A stretch of 63,498 nt of DNA, the filler included, from Octopus bimaculoides (taxonomy: Eukaryota): NCBI RefSeq assembly GCF_001194135.2. It is 4 parts of 4 records of this genome, joined end to end, with 100 filler letters (N's around TTAATTAATTAA, not from the genome) between each part and the next. Parts side by side here need not be neighbours in the genome. Positions count along the whole stretch, not along the records: positions 17,640 to 35,129 come from NC_068986.1; positions 35,230 to 38,391 come from NC_069007.1; positions 38,492 to 63,498 come from NC_068990.1; 1 more part is not named here. One strand, 5' to 3'. Of this stretch, positions 27,600 through 39,975 are shown one piece after another. The translations under genes were made by a program, and so were the position numbers. The first letter of the stretch is position 1. The number at the start of each line of letters is the position of its first letter. Below the pieces are notes generated by a model. That model worked only from the letters and a program-made list of their open reading frames with translations, was not told where the DNA came from and did not search any database.

Positions 27600-28376
27600 A
27601 ACAGTAAGCAAAAACCTCGATTGCTGCCAACACCCGTTAAAAGGAGGGCTGGGCATGCCGTGGTTGATGATGCGCAGACATGCGCTGAGACTGCGACATC
27701 TCCGGCGCTTCATGGATGATGGTGAACAGGTGTGGTCACTGTTTGTGAGGCGCGCTTTCTCGCAGCTCGTCTCCATGACCGAACTGCAATCGTGGATCAA
27801 AAATAGGCCGAGGAAGGACGAATGGCACCGCGAGTGTCGCGTTGCTCTCAAACAACTATGCTGTCCCAGGTCGACCTTGAGCCACTTCAACACAACCAAA
27901 GCACTCTATAGGGGATTAGTGGAGGAGAGGTACGACGACGATCTCGGGGCGAACCTGGGCGTCGACGAGGAATACTTGACCCGCCTGTTCAAGACGACTT
28001 TCGGGCCGGGACCTATGGACAACTTCCAGAGATCCCTAGCCTGGCAGTGCTATCGTGAAGTGCTACCCGTTCGGGATAAGCTCTACAGGCATGGCTCGAG
28101 AAACACGGGACCGACCTGCCCAAGATGCGGTCAGAGCGACGAAACCGTCCTGCACGCACTCGTACAGTGTGCCACCATTTCTGGGCTGTAGGCTTACGTC
28201 GAACGACTACTATCACGTGTGGGACGAATCGGTCTATCAGCCGAGTCTATCGTGAATATTGTCGCGCCTCCTTCCTTGAAACGGGAAGGAAGAGCCATTT
28301 TCATCGTACTTGTGGCTATGGCGAAAGAATGTGTATGGTGGACGCGTCTGAAAGGTCTAGAGACAAAGACTTTCCT
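27600..28376 (+). mobile_element. L1/Tx1-clade LINE ORF2 C-terminal fragment (5'-truncated, in-frame stop)
   Basis: HPLKGGLGMP (post-RT GGLG motif); LAWQCYREVLPVRDKL..CPRCGQSDETVLHALVQC (zf-RVT-type CCHC). Frame continues past the TAG at 28189-28191 as AYVERLL..AMAKECVWWTRLKG up to the gap. Confidence 0.88.
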
Positions 28377-29251
28377 NNNNNNNNNNNNNNNNNNNNNNNN
28401 NNNNNNNNNNNNNNNNNNNNNNNNNNNNNNNNNNNNNNNNNNNNNNNNNNNNNNNNNNNNNNNNNNNNNNNNNNNNNNNNNNNNNNNNNNNNNNNNNNNN
28501 NNNNNNNNNNNNNNNNNNNNNNNNNNNNNNNNNNNNNNNNNNNNNNNNNNNNNNNNNNNNNNNNNNNNNNNNNNNNNNNNNNNNNNNNNNNNNNNNNNNN
28601 NNNNNNNNNNNNNNNNNNNNNNNNNNNNNNNNNNNNNNNNNNNNNNNNNNNNNNNNNNNNNNNNNNNNNNNNNNNNNNNNNNNNNNNNNNNNNNNNNNNN
28701 NNNNNNNNNNNNNNNNNNNNNNNNNNNNNNNNNNNNNNNNNNNNNNNNNNNNNNNNNNNNNNNNNNNNNNNNNNNNNNNNNNNNNNNNNNNNNNNNNNNN
28801 NNNNNNNNNNNNNNNNNNNNNNNNNNNNNNNNNNNNNNNNNNNNNNNNNNNNNNNNNNNNNNNNNNNNNNNNNNNNNNNNNNNNNNNNNNNNNNNNNNNN
28901 NNNNNNNNNNNNNNNNNNNNNNNNNNNNNNNNNNNNNNNNNNNNNNNNNNNNNNNNNNNNNNNNNNNNNNNNNNNNNNNNNNNNNNNNNNNNNNNNNNNN
29001 NNNNNNNNNNNNNNNNNNNNNNNNNNNNNNNNNNNNNNNNNNNNNNNNNNNNNNNNNNNNNNNNNNNNNNNNNNNNNNNNNNNNNNNNNNNNNNNNNNNN
29101 NNNNNNNNNNNNNNNNNNNNNNNNNNNNNNNNNNNNNNNNNNNNNNNNNNNNNNNNNNNNNNNNNNNNNNNNNNNNNNNNNNNNNNNNNNNNNNNNNNNN
29201 NNNNNNNNNNNNNNNNNNNNNNNNNNNNNNNNNNNNNNNNNNNNNNNNNNN

Positions 29252-29505
29252 NTAGTAGCCCGCGCTCTTAACCACTACGCCATATGCCCAAGATTCCGAG
29301 TTCGATTCACGGCAGCGACCTGATTAATAATAGTAATAATAATAATAATATAATAATAGTAACATCGTTAGGAATGAGAACCCAGGTTCAAAATTTCCCT
29401 AAGACACCTGACGAAGGCTGGAGAGTATATCAGCCGAAACGTTGTGTTAACAACAAACAAGATGAGGACAAATATCCGTCAAATGTAAATAATGTAAATA
29501 ATGTA
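29252..29505 (+). mobile_element. Family D element with an inverted head fragment fused to its 5' end
   Basis: 29252-29286 is a minus-strand head (tagtagcccgcgctcttaaccactacgccatatg), fused to plus-strand cccaagattccgagttcgattc..gacctg-(aat)n-body. Confidence 0.85.
29403..29448 (+). ncRNA. Minimal type I hammerhead ribozyme, intact core
   Basis: GACAC-CUGACGA-A-GGCUG(gagaguauau)CAGCC-GAA-ACGU-U-GUGUU. Confidence 0.8.
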
Positions 29506-29598
29506 TATCTCGATCTGTCTGTCTATCAGTATATCTGTTTATCTATCTATCTATTGATGTATCAATCTATCTATTTATCTATTATCTGTCTATGTATG

Positions 29599-29637
<39 letters not shown>

Positions 29638-29783
29638 ATCTATCTATATCTATCTGTCTGTCTGTCTGTCTGTCTGTCTAGTTGTCTATCAATGTATATG
29701 TGTATGTGTATGCGTGTGTATGTAAAGTGAATATGGAAGCGTACGATGCCTATATTTGTGCGTAAGTGTATGCACATGCATGA

Positions 29784-29827
<44 letters not shown>

Positions 29828-30623
29828 NNNNNNNNNNNNNNNNNNNNNNNNNNNNNNNNNNNNNNNNNNNNNNNNNNNNNNNNNNNNNNNNNNNNNNNNN
29901 NNNNNNNNNNNNNNNNNNNNNNNNNNNNNNNNNNNNNNNNNNNNNNNNNNNNNNNNNNNNNNNNNNNNNNNNNNNNNNNNNNNNNNNNNNNNNNNNNNNN
30001 NNNNNNNNNNNNNNNNNNNNNNNNNNNNNNNNNNNNNNNNNNNNNNNNNNNNNNNNNNNNNNNNNNNNNNNNNNNNNNNNNNNNNNNNNNNNNNNNNNNN
30101 NNNNNNNNNNNNNNNNNNNNNNNNNNNNNNNNNNNNNNNNNNNNNNNNNNNNNNNNNNNNNNNNNNNNNNNNNNNNNNNNNNNNNNNNNNNNNNNNNNNN
30201 NNNNNNNNNNNNNNNNNNNNNNNNNNNNNNNNNNNNNNNNNNNNNNNNNNNNNNNNNNNNNNNNNNNNNNNNNNNNNNNNNNNNNNNNNNNNNNNNNNNN
30301 NNGAGAGAGAGAGAGAGAGAGAGAGGGGAGGTGGAAGTAGAATGAGACAGACGTACATTTTGCAAACTCAATGGATTTTAGTGTCTAATAACAGAGCGAC
30401 TGGTTCCTGGCAGTCAGCGTTGCACTCACTCTCTCACTCACTCACTCACTCACTCTCACATTCACTCACTCTCTCACTCACATAATATTTCACTACAGTA
30501 TGTCTTAAATTCTTGTATCATGAGGCATTTACAGTAGATAGCAGAAGTAAAACAAACAAAACAAGATCTCTTATGATAATGATAATGATAACAACAACAA
30601 TGATGATGATGATGATGATGATG

Positions 30624-30687
<64 letters not shown>

Positions 30688-30745
30688 TGACGACGACGAT
30701 GATGATGATGACGATGACGATGATGATGACGATGACGATAACAAT

Positions 30746-31385
30746 AATCTTTTTCCTCATTGGTCACAAGGACCGAACACAAAACAATTAGGGGCCAATA
30801 CTAAACAAGGGACGAGAGGGGTTTAAAACAAAAAAAAGTGTAAGCAATAAAAACAAAAGCAGTTAACAAAAGAAATTTGAACAACATAATTCCCCCAGTA
30901 GGGGGGAGTTCCACCCAGGGCCAACCAGAGTACCCTACACATCCTAGTCACCCCGACTGCCAAGGGCACGCCAGGTAGGCACCTGTCTTCCCTTCAACTG
31001 CTCCGACTTACAGACGAATATTCTGAGTAGGCCCATTCACACGAGCCATTTTCACAACATTCACCACCCCACCCCGCTTTCAACTAACTTACTGAATGGG
31101 CGGGTGGGGTGGAGAGCAGTAATTCCTTCTTTGCCCTCACTTTCTTTTTCAAGTGGAACTTGTAAAAGTCGATGAGGGCTCGGCCGAAGAAGAAAGTATT
31201 TGTCTTCAGTCCTTTCAACCTCATCCACCACACCACCTCCTTCGCTAGAGCAGCCTGGCAGAGGAAAACTGCCTTTCCGAAAAGAAGGCGACGGGGCGAT
31301 TCCTCACAATGGACTCGGCTGTTAACCGGGTCCGTCCTACACGTGACAACAGCTGCTCGACTAAGATCCACAGGTCAGTAATGCA
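30746..31385 (-). mobile_element. L1/Tx1-clade LINE 3' end (ORF2 tip + 3' UTR + tail) followed by (ATT)/(ATC)n
   Basis: ALAKEVVWWMRLKGLKTNTFFFGRALIDFYKFHLKKKVR is homologous to 28310-28376. Minus-strand tail ggtccttgtgaccaatgaggaaaaag. Confidence 0.8.
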
Positions 31386-31441
31386 CAGGCACTGGACGAG
31401 TGCATGCAGGACGATTTCATCGATCTGCGCACACCTCGGAC

Positions 31442-31490
<49 letters not shown>

Positions 31491-31629
31491 TTATTTTTTT
31501 CAGGGAGGCATCACATGCGGGAGGGACATTACAAGGACAGTTTACAATTGTGCTGGTATTTATAAAGAAGATGAAGGAAAGAAAAATAGAAGAGAGGAAA
31601 TGAGATAAGAGTATATATAATCGGCAATA

Positions 31630-31984
<355 letters not shown>

Positions 31985-32020
31985 TTTTTTCTAGATCTTG
32001 TTCGATTCTCTTTTTATCAT

Positions 32021-32093
32021 CATATGGCGTAGTGGTTAAGAGCGCGGGCTACTAACCCCAAGATTCCGAGTTCGATTCCAGGCAGTGACCTGG

Positions 32094-32129
<36 letters not shown>

Positions 32130-32306
32130 TCGAAAAATACCTTAGGAATGAGAACCCAAGATCGAAATTTCCCCAAGACACATGACGAAGGCTGGAGGGT
32201 ATGTCAGCTGAAATATTGTCTTAACAAACAAGATGAGGACAAATATCCGTCAAATGTAAATAATACAAATAATGTACATAATTCCTCATCTCTTAAATAC
32301 AGAACT
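32021..32306 (+). mobile_element. Family D element, full length, hammerhead core mutated; head-to-head with the 31630 copy
   Basis: A box ggcgtagtggtt, B box gagttcgattcc, (aat)n, body with gacac-atgacga-aggctg..cagct-gaaatatt, ends ttcctcatctcttaaatacagaact. Confidence 0.9.
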
Positions 32307-32369
32307 GGAATCGGCAATAGCATTCGATAACATGAATGAGCAGCCCTCCTGTTATAGGAGAAACTCCAC

Positions 32370-32750
32370 CAGGGGCACAAGTCCTTGCCCAACTGCTGTT
32401 CTCCAATCTACAAGCACCTGCCTAGATTAGAGCCGTTCACCCTGCCATGTTTACCCCAGTTACTCCCCTTTTCACAACCTCTCTGGAAGGTAGCACTTCC
32501 ATCTCCATCCTCATTTTCCTTTCCAAACGGAACTTGAAAATATTGATGAAGGCTTGACTGAAGACGAAGGTCTTTTTTCTTCGATCCTTTCAGCCTTACC
32601 CACTACACCGAGGCTTTCACCATAGCCACCAGACACAGCAACACTGCTTTCCTTGTCTTATTAAAAGTGGGTGATGGGGTGACGCAATAACAGCTGTTCG
32701 GCATAATTTCACTCGTCAGCAAAGCTCAGGTACATGTATTAGTTTAGCGC
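32370..32750 (-). mobile_element. L1/Tx1-clade LINE ORF2 C-terminal relic
   Basis: Minus frame KAVLLCLVAMVKASV*WVRLKGSKKKTFVFSQAFINIFKFRLERKMR is homologous to the 31084 and 28219 ORFs. Confidence 0.7.
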
Positions 32751-33526
32751 TCGGGAAATGAGAAAGTCTTTTACGTTTCAAGCCTACGTTCTTCCACAGA
32801 ATGGAACACAGAAATAAACAAGGAGAGAAAATAGGAAAAGGTTCAGTGGCTAGCGATCTATCATGCCGAATGTATGTATATATGCATGTATGTATGTATG
32901 TATGTATGTATGTATGTATGTATGTATGTATGTATGTTCATATCTTTTCTTTTAGAAATAAACATACACATACATATATNNNNNNNNNNNNNNNNNNNNN
33001 NNNNNNNNNNNNNNNNNNNNNNNNNNNNNNNNNNNNNNNNNNNNNNNNNNNNNNNNNNNNNNNNNNNNNNNNNNNNNNNNNNNNNNNNNNNNNNNNNNNN
33101 NNNNNNNNNNNNNNNNNNNNNNNNNNNNNNNNNNNNNNNNNNNNNNNNNNNNNNNNNNNNNNNNNNNNNNNNNNNNNNNNNNNNNNNNNNNNNNNNNNNN
33201 NNNNNNNNNNNNNNNNNNNNNNNNNNNNNNNNNNNNNNNNNNNNNNNNNNNNNNNNNNNNNNNNNNNNNNNNNNNNNNNNNNNNNNNNNNNNNNNNNNNN
33301 NNNNNNNNNNNNNNNNNNNNNNNNNNNNNNNNNNNNNNNNNNNNNNNNNNNNNNNNNNNNNNNNNNNNNNNNNNNNNNNNNNNNNNNNNNNNNNNNNNNN
33401 NNNNNNNNNNNNNNNNNNNNNNNNNNNNNNNNNNNNNNNNNNNNNNNNNNNNNNNNNNNNNNNNNNNNNNNNNNNNNNNNNNNNNNNNNNNNNNNNNNNN
33501 NNNNNNNNNNNNNNNNNNNNNNNNNC

Positions 33527-33655
33527 GTCACCGTAACATAGCGGTTCGGTCAAAGAGACCGATAGAATAAGTACTGGGCTTACAAAGAATAAGTCCTGGG
33601 GTCAATTTGTTTGACTAAAAGGCGATGCTCCAGCATGGCCGCAATCAAATAAAAG
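33527..33655 (+). mobile_element. SINE family A 3' end emerging from a gap
   Basis: gcggttcggtcaaagagaccgatagaataagtactgggcttacaaagaataagtcctgggg..ctccagcatggccgca. Confidence 0.85.
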
Positions 33656-33825
33656 AATATAAGAATATGTGTGTATGTGCGCGTGTGTGTGTGTGCGTGT
33701 GCGTGTGCGTGTATGTGTGTGTGTGTGTGTGTGATAGTGTGCCGTGTGTGTGTGTGTGTGCCTTAATACCAATCAACCGACTTTGCACCGTTAAACATTT
33801 ACATTTCCACGCACGACTGCGCGCG

Positions 33826-33862
<37 letters not shown>

Positions 33863-34547
33863 ATTTGTACTTACACATGCACAATGACACGTGCCCACAC
33901 TGGCACAAATACACATACTAACACAGATACACACACACATTCACACACACACACACACACTCACACACACATTGACCCATATATGCACCAATGGCACGTC
34001 GCACAAGATGAAATCGCTATCTTTGTTAATCAGAGAGGATGGGGCGGAGGTGATTGATAGAGGAAATGGGTAGTGGTGGTGGTGGTGGTGGTAGGATAGT
34101 TGTGGGGGTGGGGGGAGTGACAGGGTAATCGATAGGACATCAACAATGACACACAATGCACAACGACCCTAGCGGCAGCAACAACAACAGCAAAGGCGGC
34201 ACGAAACATCTCTTCTATTAAAACAGCAAGAGTAACAACAACAATAAGAATGTCAGGGCAACCACAACAACAACAACAACAAAGAATCGCCCGAATTTGC
34301 AGCAGCAGCAGCGGCTGAGAAGCAGTAACAACAAGAATTAGAGCGGCAACAATAGAGAATATGGCGGCGATATGAACGTGGTAAACGGCAGGGGCAACCA
34401 TGATGTAATCGAAACGACGGCGTCAATGGAATAATAAATAACAACAGCGACGTCATAGGGAAGAACATGAATGATGACATAATAAGGCAGGAGAATAACA
34501 ATGATAGAACTTGGAGGCGAAATGCGGACAGAAGGAATGATAACATC

Positions 34548-34949
34548 GGTTTCAGAATTCGGCACAAGGCCAGCAATTTCGGGGAAACGGGTAAGTTGAT
34601 TACATCGACCCCCAGTGCTCAGCGGGTTCTTATTTTATCGACCCCTAGGCGGAATTTGAACTTGGAATGTAAAGAGAGACGGAATGCCGTTAAGCATTTT
34701 GCCGTGTTAACGATTCTTATTTCTTTACTGCCCACAAGGGGCTACACACAGAGGGGACAAACAAAGACAGAGAAATGGACTAAGTCGATTATATCGACCC
34801 CAGTGCGTAACTGGTACTTATTTAATCGACCCCGAAAGGATGAAAGGCAAAGTCGACCTCGGCGGAATTTGAACTCAGAACGTAACGGCAGACGAAATAT
34901 TGCTAAGTATTTCTCCCGGCAGCTAACGTTCCTGCCAGCTCGCCGCCTT
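34548..34949 (-). mobile_element. Two tandem SINE B copies; the younger (34720-34949) carries the Tx1-type tail instead of the usual B tail
   Basis: 34720-34775 atttctttactgcccacaaggggctacacacagaggggacaaacaaagacaga joins the standard B body at gtcgattatatcgacccc. Confidence 0.85.
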
Positions 34950-35285
34950 AATGATTCTGCCAGTCCGTCGCTTTGGAAGGAATTATAATATTCATTATTA
35001 ATTAATTGAACCCTGAAAAGTACGGGTTAAGAAGTAATGCAAGCTCAAGAATATTGGAGCGAAAGTTGGGACGGAAATAAAACATAAAACTGTGTTTTTA
35101 GTTTCATTTAAATGTAAAAATATGCCACCNNNNNNNNNNNNNNNNNNNNNNNNNNNNNNNNNNNNNNNNNNNNTTAATTAATTAANNNNNNNNNNNNNNN
35201 NNNNNNNNNNNNNNNNNNNNNNNNNNNNNGTTATAAATATAAATACAACGATAGGTCCATAAATAGTAGCTATTAAAAAAAAATA

Positions 35286-35327
35286 TGACATGGCGTCAAG
35301 CGGAAGTGAAAATGTATGTACCACGTG
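35286..35327 (+). promoter_or_regulatory. Compact YY1-like / ETS / E-box motif cluster
   Basis: acatggcg 35288-35295, gcggaagtg 35300-35308, cacgtg 35322-35327, followed by GC-richer UTR-like sequence. Motif evidence only. Confidence 0.3.
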
Positions 35328-36079
35328 TTTGTTATTAAAACCGAGTGTCGAAGGTGGCAGTGGCGGTTGTCGTGGCGGTGGTGATGATGGTGGTGGTGTT
35401 GGAAGTGCCGGCTTTTAGTCACACAGCTCAGTCAAGTTTCTCTCGTCGTTTGCTTTATTAATTAGTTGTCGTCTGCATGGCTCCATTTCCCCTTTACATT
35501 ATTATTACTGTTGTTGTTGCTGCTGTTGTTGTTGTTGTTGTTCGTTCGTCTCTTTCTTGGTCGATAGTCAAAAGTCAATGGGGTCTTTCTCGTCTCATGA
35601 TTTCTGCTTTCGTATCACCATTTTGCCTGTCTGTCTCTCTGTCAGTTTGTCTGAATGTCTGTCTATCGGTTTGCTGTTTCTCTGTCCGTTTGTCTACCTC
35701 TGTGTTTGTCATTAAGTCAGTCTGTCAGTTTGACTGTGCCTCTCTCTGCCAGTTTGTCTGATTGCCTGTCTCTCTACCTGCCTGTCTGTCTGTCTGTTCG
35801 TCTTCTTGCTTGATGGAATAACCGCCAGTTTCGATGCATGGTCCAACGCCAAGCCATCACAATGTCCAGCCCTTCTCGCAGGGTGGTCACCCGTGTACCT
35901 GGATGATCTGGAGAGCCATGCCAGCAGAGCACAAGCCCCTGGTACACCACCCCCACCTCACCAAACTTGACAGATCAAAGGATAGAAGGCCAGGCTGATA
36001 TGAACCACCTCTTCTCACAGGTAAAAATGACCCGGACTTGGAAAATAAACAGTTACAGAAGCGACTTCATGGTGTAATG

Positions 36080-36130
36080 TAGTGGTTCTCAAAGTGGGCG
36101 GTACACCCCCCCCCTAGGGGGGTGGAAAGT
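36080..36130 (+). mobile_element. Possible hAT/Charlie-type terminal fragment
   Basis: tagtggttctcaaagtggg resembles the CAGTGGTTCTCAAA terminus typical of Charlie elements; no right end found. Confidence 0.3.
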
Positions 36131-36853
36131 TCCAAGGGACAGACGAGTCATTCGTGGCCTTCTTTCCTCAGTCAAGTTACCAGAAGTCCTTACTGTTTCG
36201 AGCAGTTACACTTGAGACAGTTCGATCTGGTTGCCCACCACTCCGCAAAAGTCTAAGCTAAGAGCATTAGATTTCTTTTTGTAAGAAAGCCAGNNNNNNN
36301 NNNNNNNNNNNNNNNNNNNNNNNNNNNNNNNNNNNNNNNNNNNNNNNNNNNNNNNNNNNNNNNNNNNNNNNNNNNNNNNNNNNNNNNNNNNNNNNNNNNN
36401 NNNNNNNNNNNNNNNNNNNNNNNNNNNNNNNNNNNNNNNNNNNNNNNNNNNNNNNNNNNNNNNNNNNNNNNNNNNNNNNNNNNNNNNNNNNNNNNNNNNN
36501 NNNNNNNNNNNNNNNNNNNNNNNNNNNNNNNNNNNNNNNNNNNNNNNNNNNNNNNNNNNNNNNNNNNNNNNNNNNNNNNNNNNNNNNNNNATTTGATTCA
36601 TGGAGTTTAATTGATCTTTAAAGATTAATCAATCTTAAATGAAAATCAATGAAAATCTATTCTCCTTGGTTAAACCAAAATAACGATGTCAAACGATGGC
36701 AAAAGTTCTCAAAAGTTTACAGCGTAGGTGTACCATTATTTAATTCCGGAATAGGTGTACCATTATTTAATTCCGGAATAGACAACGCGGAATATCTACA
36801 CCGACGTTCTTCCAATGCTTCACAGCTTCTCCGCCTTAGACTGGTATTATATT

Positions 36854-37766
36854 TATGGATTCTGAATAGCTGAAGGAAATTCGACCTCATCTGATTTGGA
36901 AGTACAGGTGGAGACGGAAGAAGAAACAGCGGAGGAGGGTTTCACGGTGGTGGGAAGAAAAGGAAGGAGAAGTGGAAGAGCGAGCCCGCCGCCTGAGAAC
37001 CAGAAAAGGAAGAAAGAAGAGGTGGGAATGAAAGCTGCGACCAGAAGGAAGGCAGAGAAAAGGGTGGTGGAGAAAGAACGTGGAAAAGTAAATGGAAAAG
37101 TGTGCGAGAAGGAGTTACAGAAGGAGGAAACAGTGTTAAAGGCGCCGGTTGTCCCAGCGAAGGAAAAAAAATTCGGGAGTGCGACTGTACGAGGGTGAAA
37201 TGGAGAGATTGTTCAGGGTTGAAAAGGAAAAAAAGTACCAGAAGTGGAAGAAGAAAAGAGAAAACCGGGAAGACGAAAAAATAAATGGAATTTCGTAAGA
37301 TATGCAAAAAGCAAAGAGACGGAAAGAAAAATTGTAAAATTCAAGCATATCATAAGAGTGAGGTCACCCACGGTGGAGTTCGAACACCTCTCACCAGTAG
37401 TTGAGCTAAGAGACTTGGAGCCTTTCATGAGGTATTAAAAAGAAAGAAAAAAGTAAAATCGTTTTGTTGAAAAAAAGAAGGAAAAAACAAAGAAAAAAAA
37501 AGGAACAAAAAAGGAAAAGTGTTTCACGGAAAAAAAAAAAGATGATTAAGAAAAAAAAAAACAATACAAAAATTGAACGATTGTAAATAGTGTGTATAAA
37601 AGTTCAAATGGTACCGCATGGGAATGGGGCCCATGCAGCCATTTCATTTCTTCATTATATAACATCGCATTGTCATTCGTGTTATATTTTATATCCCCAT
37701 TGTGGTGTTGTGTCTGTCCTTGTAGTGTCCCCTCTCTGTTGTGGCCGTAGTGCCAAATAAAGAAAT
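36854..37766 (+). mobile_element. Single-ORF (ORF1/gag-like, frameshifted) non-autonomous element ending in the Tx1-type tail
   Basis: ATG GAT TCT GAA at 36855, then after a frameshift AEGNSTSSDLEVQVETEEETAEEGFTVVGRKGRR; K/E-rich; last frame ends ..ELRDLEPFMRY* at 37438; A-rich UTR; tail at 37709-37766. No RT or endonuclease motifs. Confidence 0.5.
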
Positions 37767-37819
37767 AGTCGTTTAGCAGAGGACATCCGAACGTGCGATA
37801 TAACAGTGGCGACGAGGAT
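37767..37819 (+). mobile_element. Candidate LTR 3' edge plus primer-binding site
   Basis: ..gcgatataACA-g-TGGCGACGAGGAT (37807-37819) is complementary to the 3' end of metazoan tRNA-Ser(GCU) including CCA, a common Ty3/Gypsy PBS. Confidence 0.5.
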
Positions 37820-37861
37820 TTCGTAGCTCACACAGCCACTGTGTAGTATTGCGATATAACA

Positions 37862-38017
37862 GAAATACAGGTACAGCTCGTTTTTGCCAGCTGAGTGGAC
37901 TGGAGCAACGGGAAATAAAGTGCCTTGCTCAAGGACACAACGCGTCGCCGGGAATTGGACTCACGACCTTAGGATCGTAAGCCGAATAACCTTGACTACT
38001 AAGCCACGTGCCTTCAC
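37862..38017 (-). mobile_element. SINE family C head + core X1, 3'-truncated
   Basis: Minus gtgaaggcacgtggcttagtagtcaagg..tgtgtccttgagcaaggcactttatttcccgttgctccagtccactcagctggc. Confidence 0.85.
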
Positions 38018-38049
<32 letters not shown>

Positions 38050-38052
<3 letters not shown>

Positions 38053-38335
38053 GAGCACTCAGAGAGCGCAAACCTCCTCTAACGATTAGCCGGAGATGAT
38101 TTTTAAAATGAGAATATCTGAAATAAACTCGACTGCTCGCACAATACTAAAAATGAACCCGACCGCTCTCAAAAATTAAGTAAAAAAAAAAAATCCGGAT
38201 AAATAATCCAGAATCCTTGTCCGGTACCGGACCCCAAAATCTAATCAGTTTGTGCCAGTCACGAGGCCAAACATCCCTGAAAGTTTCATCCGAATCCATT
38301 CAGCGGTTCTTGAGATATCTTCTCCACGGGCAAAC
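38050..38335 (+). mobile_element. Possible Helentron-associated non-autonomous element (HINE/DINE-like)
   Basis: Starts aagagcactcagagagcgcaaacctcc and contains aagtttcatccgaatccattcagcggttcttgagatatc. I recognise these motifs from that class from memory; not searched. Confidence 0.45.
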
Positions 38336-38491
38336 AACCGACGTTGGTGTGTTTACGTCCCCGTAACCTAGCGGTTCAGCAAAAGAGACCGNNNNNNNNN
38401 NNNNNNNNNNNNNNNNNNNNNNNNNNNNNNNNNNNTTAATTAATTAANNNNNNNNNNNNNNNNNNNNNNNNNNNNNNNNNNNNNNNNNNNN

Positions 38492-38528
<37 letters not shown>

Positions 38529-38564
38529 GCACACACACACACACGCACAAATGGCTTTATTCAA

Positions 38565-38700
38565 TTTCAAAATCCACTCACAAGTCTTTGGTCGGCACGA
38601 GGCTTCAGTAGGAGATACTTGCCCAAGGTGCCACGCAGTGGGAACTGAACCCAGAACCATTTGGCTTGGAAGCAAGCTTCTTAGTGCACAACCGCACACA
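38565..38700 (-). mobile_element. SINE family A 5' half
   Basis: aatccactcacaagtctttggtcggc..acttgcccaaggtgccacgcagtggg. Confidence 0.8.
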
Positions 38701-38966
38701 TACAGATATATACATGGCACACAACACTCACACCCACATATCCAATGTTGAGTGTTTCTTTCACCCCTCGAACTTTTTAAGACCGAAAGGGATTTTCCAC
38801 ACAATATTTACACGCTATTCTTCCTAGCGCTTCAATGTGCTTCAAAATTCCCTGTCTCTAACAAGAATTTTACACAGATACACACATACCTATATGAATT
38901 ATTATCCTATACTCAAAGTATTGCTTTTGGATACTTTCTGCTTAGCCACACAACACTTAAATGGAA

Positions 38967-39032
38967 ATGGATATATATTATTTCTTACCATGGATATATA
39001 TTATTTCTTACCATGGATATATATTATTTCTT
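38967..39032. repeat. 23-bp tandem minisatellite, about 2.9 copies
   Basis: atggatatatattatttcttacc repeated. Confidence 0.9.
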
Positions 39033-39672
39033 CAAACTTTTTTAGCCTAGGTTTGAACCAACGCTCATCTATGCCAGTAACTTTTTTAAACAGCATCTTT
39101 TTCATATATTTTTAAATAGAATTCGATTGACTCCACGGAAATTCATCCTTTTCTCTAACGAGAAATTTATAGATTTTGTGTGTGTACAAATATATATATG
39201 CACACACACATACATACAAACACAAATATACATATATAATATNNNNNNNNNNNNNNNNNNNNNNNNNNNNNNNNNNNNNNNNNNNNNNNNNNNNNNNNNN
39301 NNNNNNNNNNNNNNNNNNNNNNNNNNNNNNNNNNNNNNNNNNNNNNNNNNNNNNNNNNNNNNNNNNNNNNNNNNNNNNNNNNNNNNNNNNNNNNNNNNNN
39401 NNNNNNNNNNNNNNNNNNNNNNNNNNNNNNNNNNNNNNNNNNNNNNNNNNNNNNNNNNNNNNNNNNNNNNNNNNNNNNNNNNNNNNNNNNNNNNNNNNNN
39501 NNNNNNNNNNNNNNNNNNNNNNNNNNNNNNNNNNNNNNNNNNNNNNNNNNNNNNNNNNNNNNNNNNNNNNNNNNNNNNNNNNNNNNNNNNNNNNNNNNNN
39601 NNNNNNNNNNNNNNNNNNNNNNNNNNNNNNNNNNNNNNNNNNNNNNNNNNNNNNNNNNNNNNNNNNNNNNNN

Positions 39673-39975
39673 CGTTGTGAGTGTTTATTGAGCGAAAAAC
39701 CTAAAGCTCCACGAGGCTCCGGCAGGGGATGGTGGAGAACCCTGCTGTACTCTTCCACCACAACTATCTCTCACTCTTACTTCCTGTTTCTGTTTTGCCT
39801 ATATTTCAAAGGGCCAGCCTTGTCACACTGTGTCACGCTGAATATACCCGAAAACTACGTTAAGGGTACACGTGTCTGTGGAGTGCTCAGCCACTTGCAC
39901 GTTAATTTCACGAGCAGGCTGTTCCGTTGATCGGTTCAACTGGAATCCTCGACGTCGTAAGCGACGGAGTGCCAA
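39673..39975 (+). mobile_element. SINE with core X2 (as family F) and tail T1 (as family C)
   Basis: gagcgaaaacctaaagctccacgaggctccggcag..ccacaactatctctcactct, then tatttcaaagggcc..gttaagggtacacgtgtctgtggagtgctc..acggagtgcca. Confidence 0.8.

Noticed and set aside
32021-32095. tRNA gene calls for SINE heads (also 6333, 22900-22963, 37940-38017)
   Set aside because: They have A/B boxes but no complete acceptor stem, and they continue into repeat bodies.
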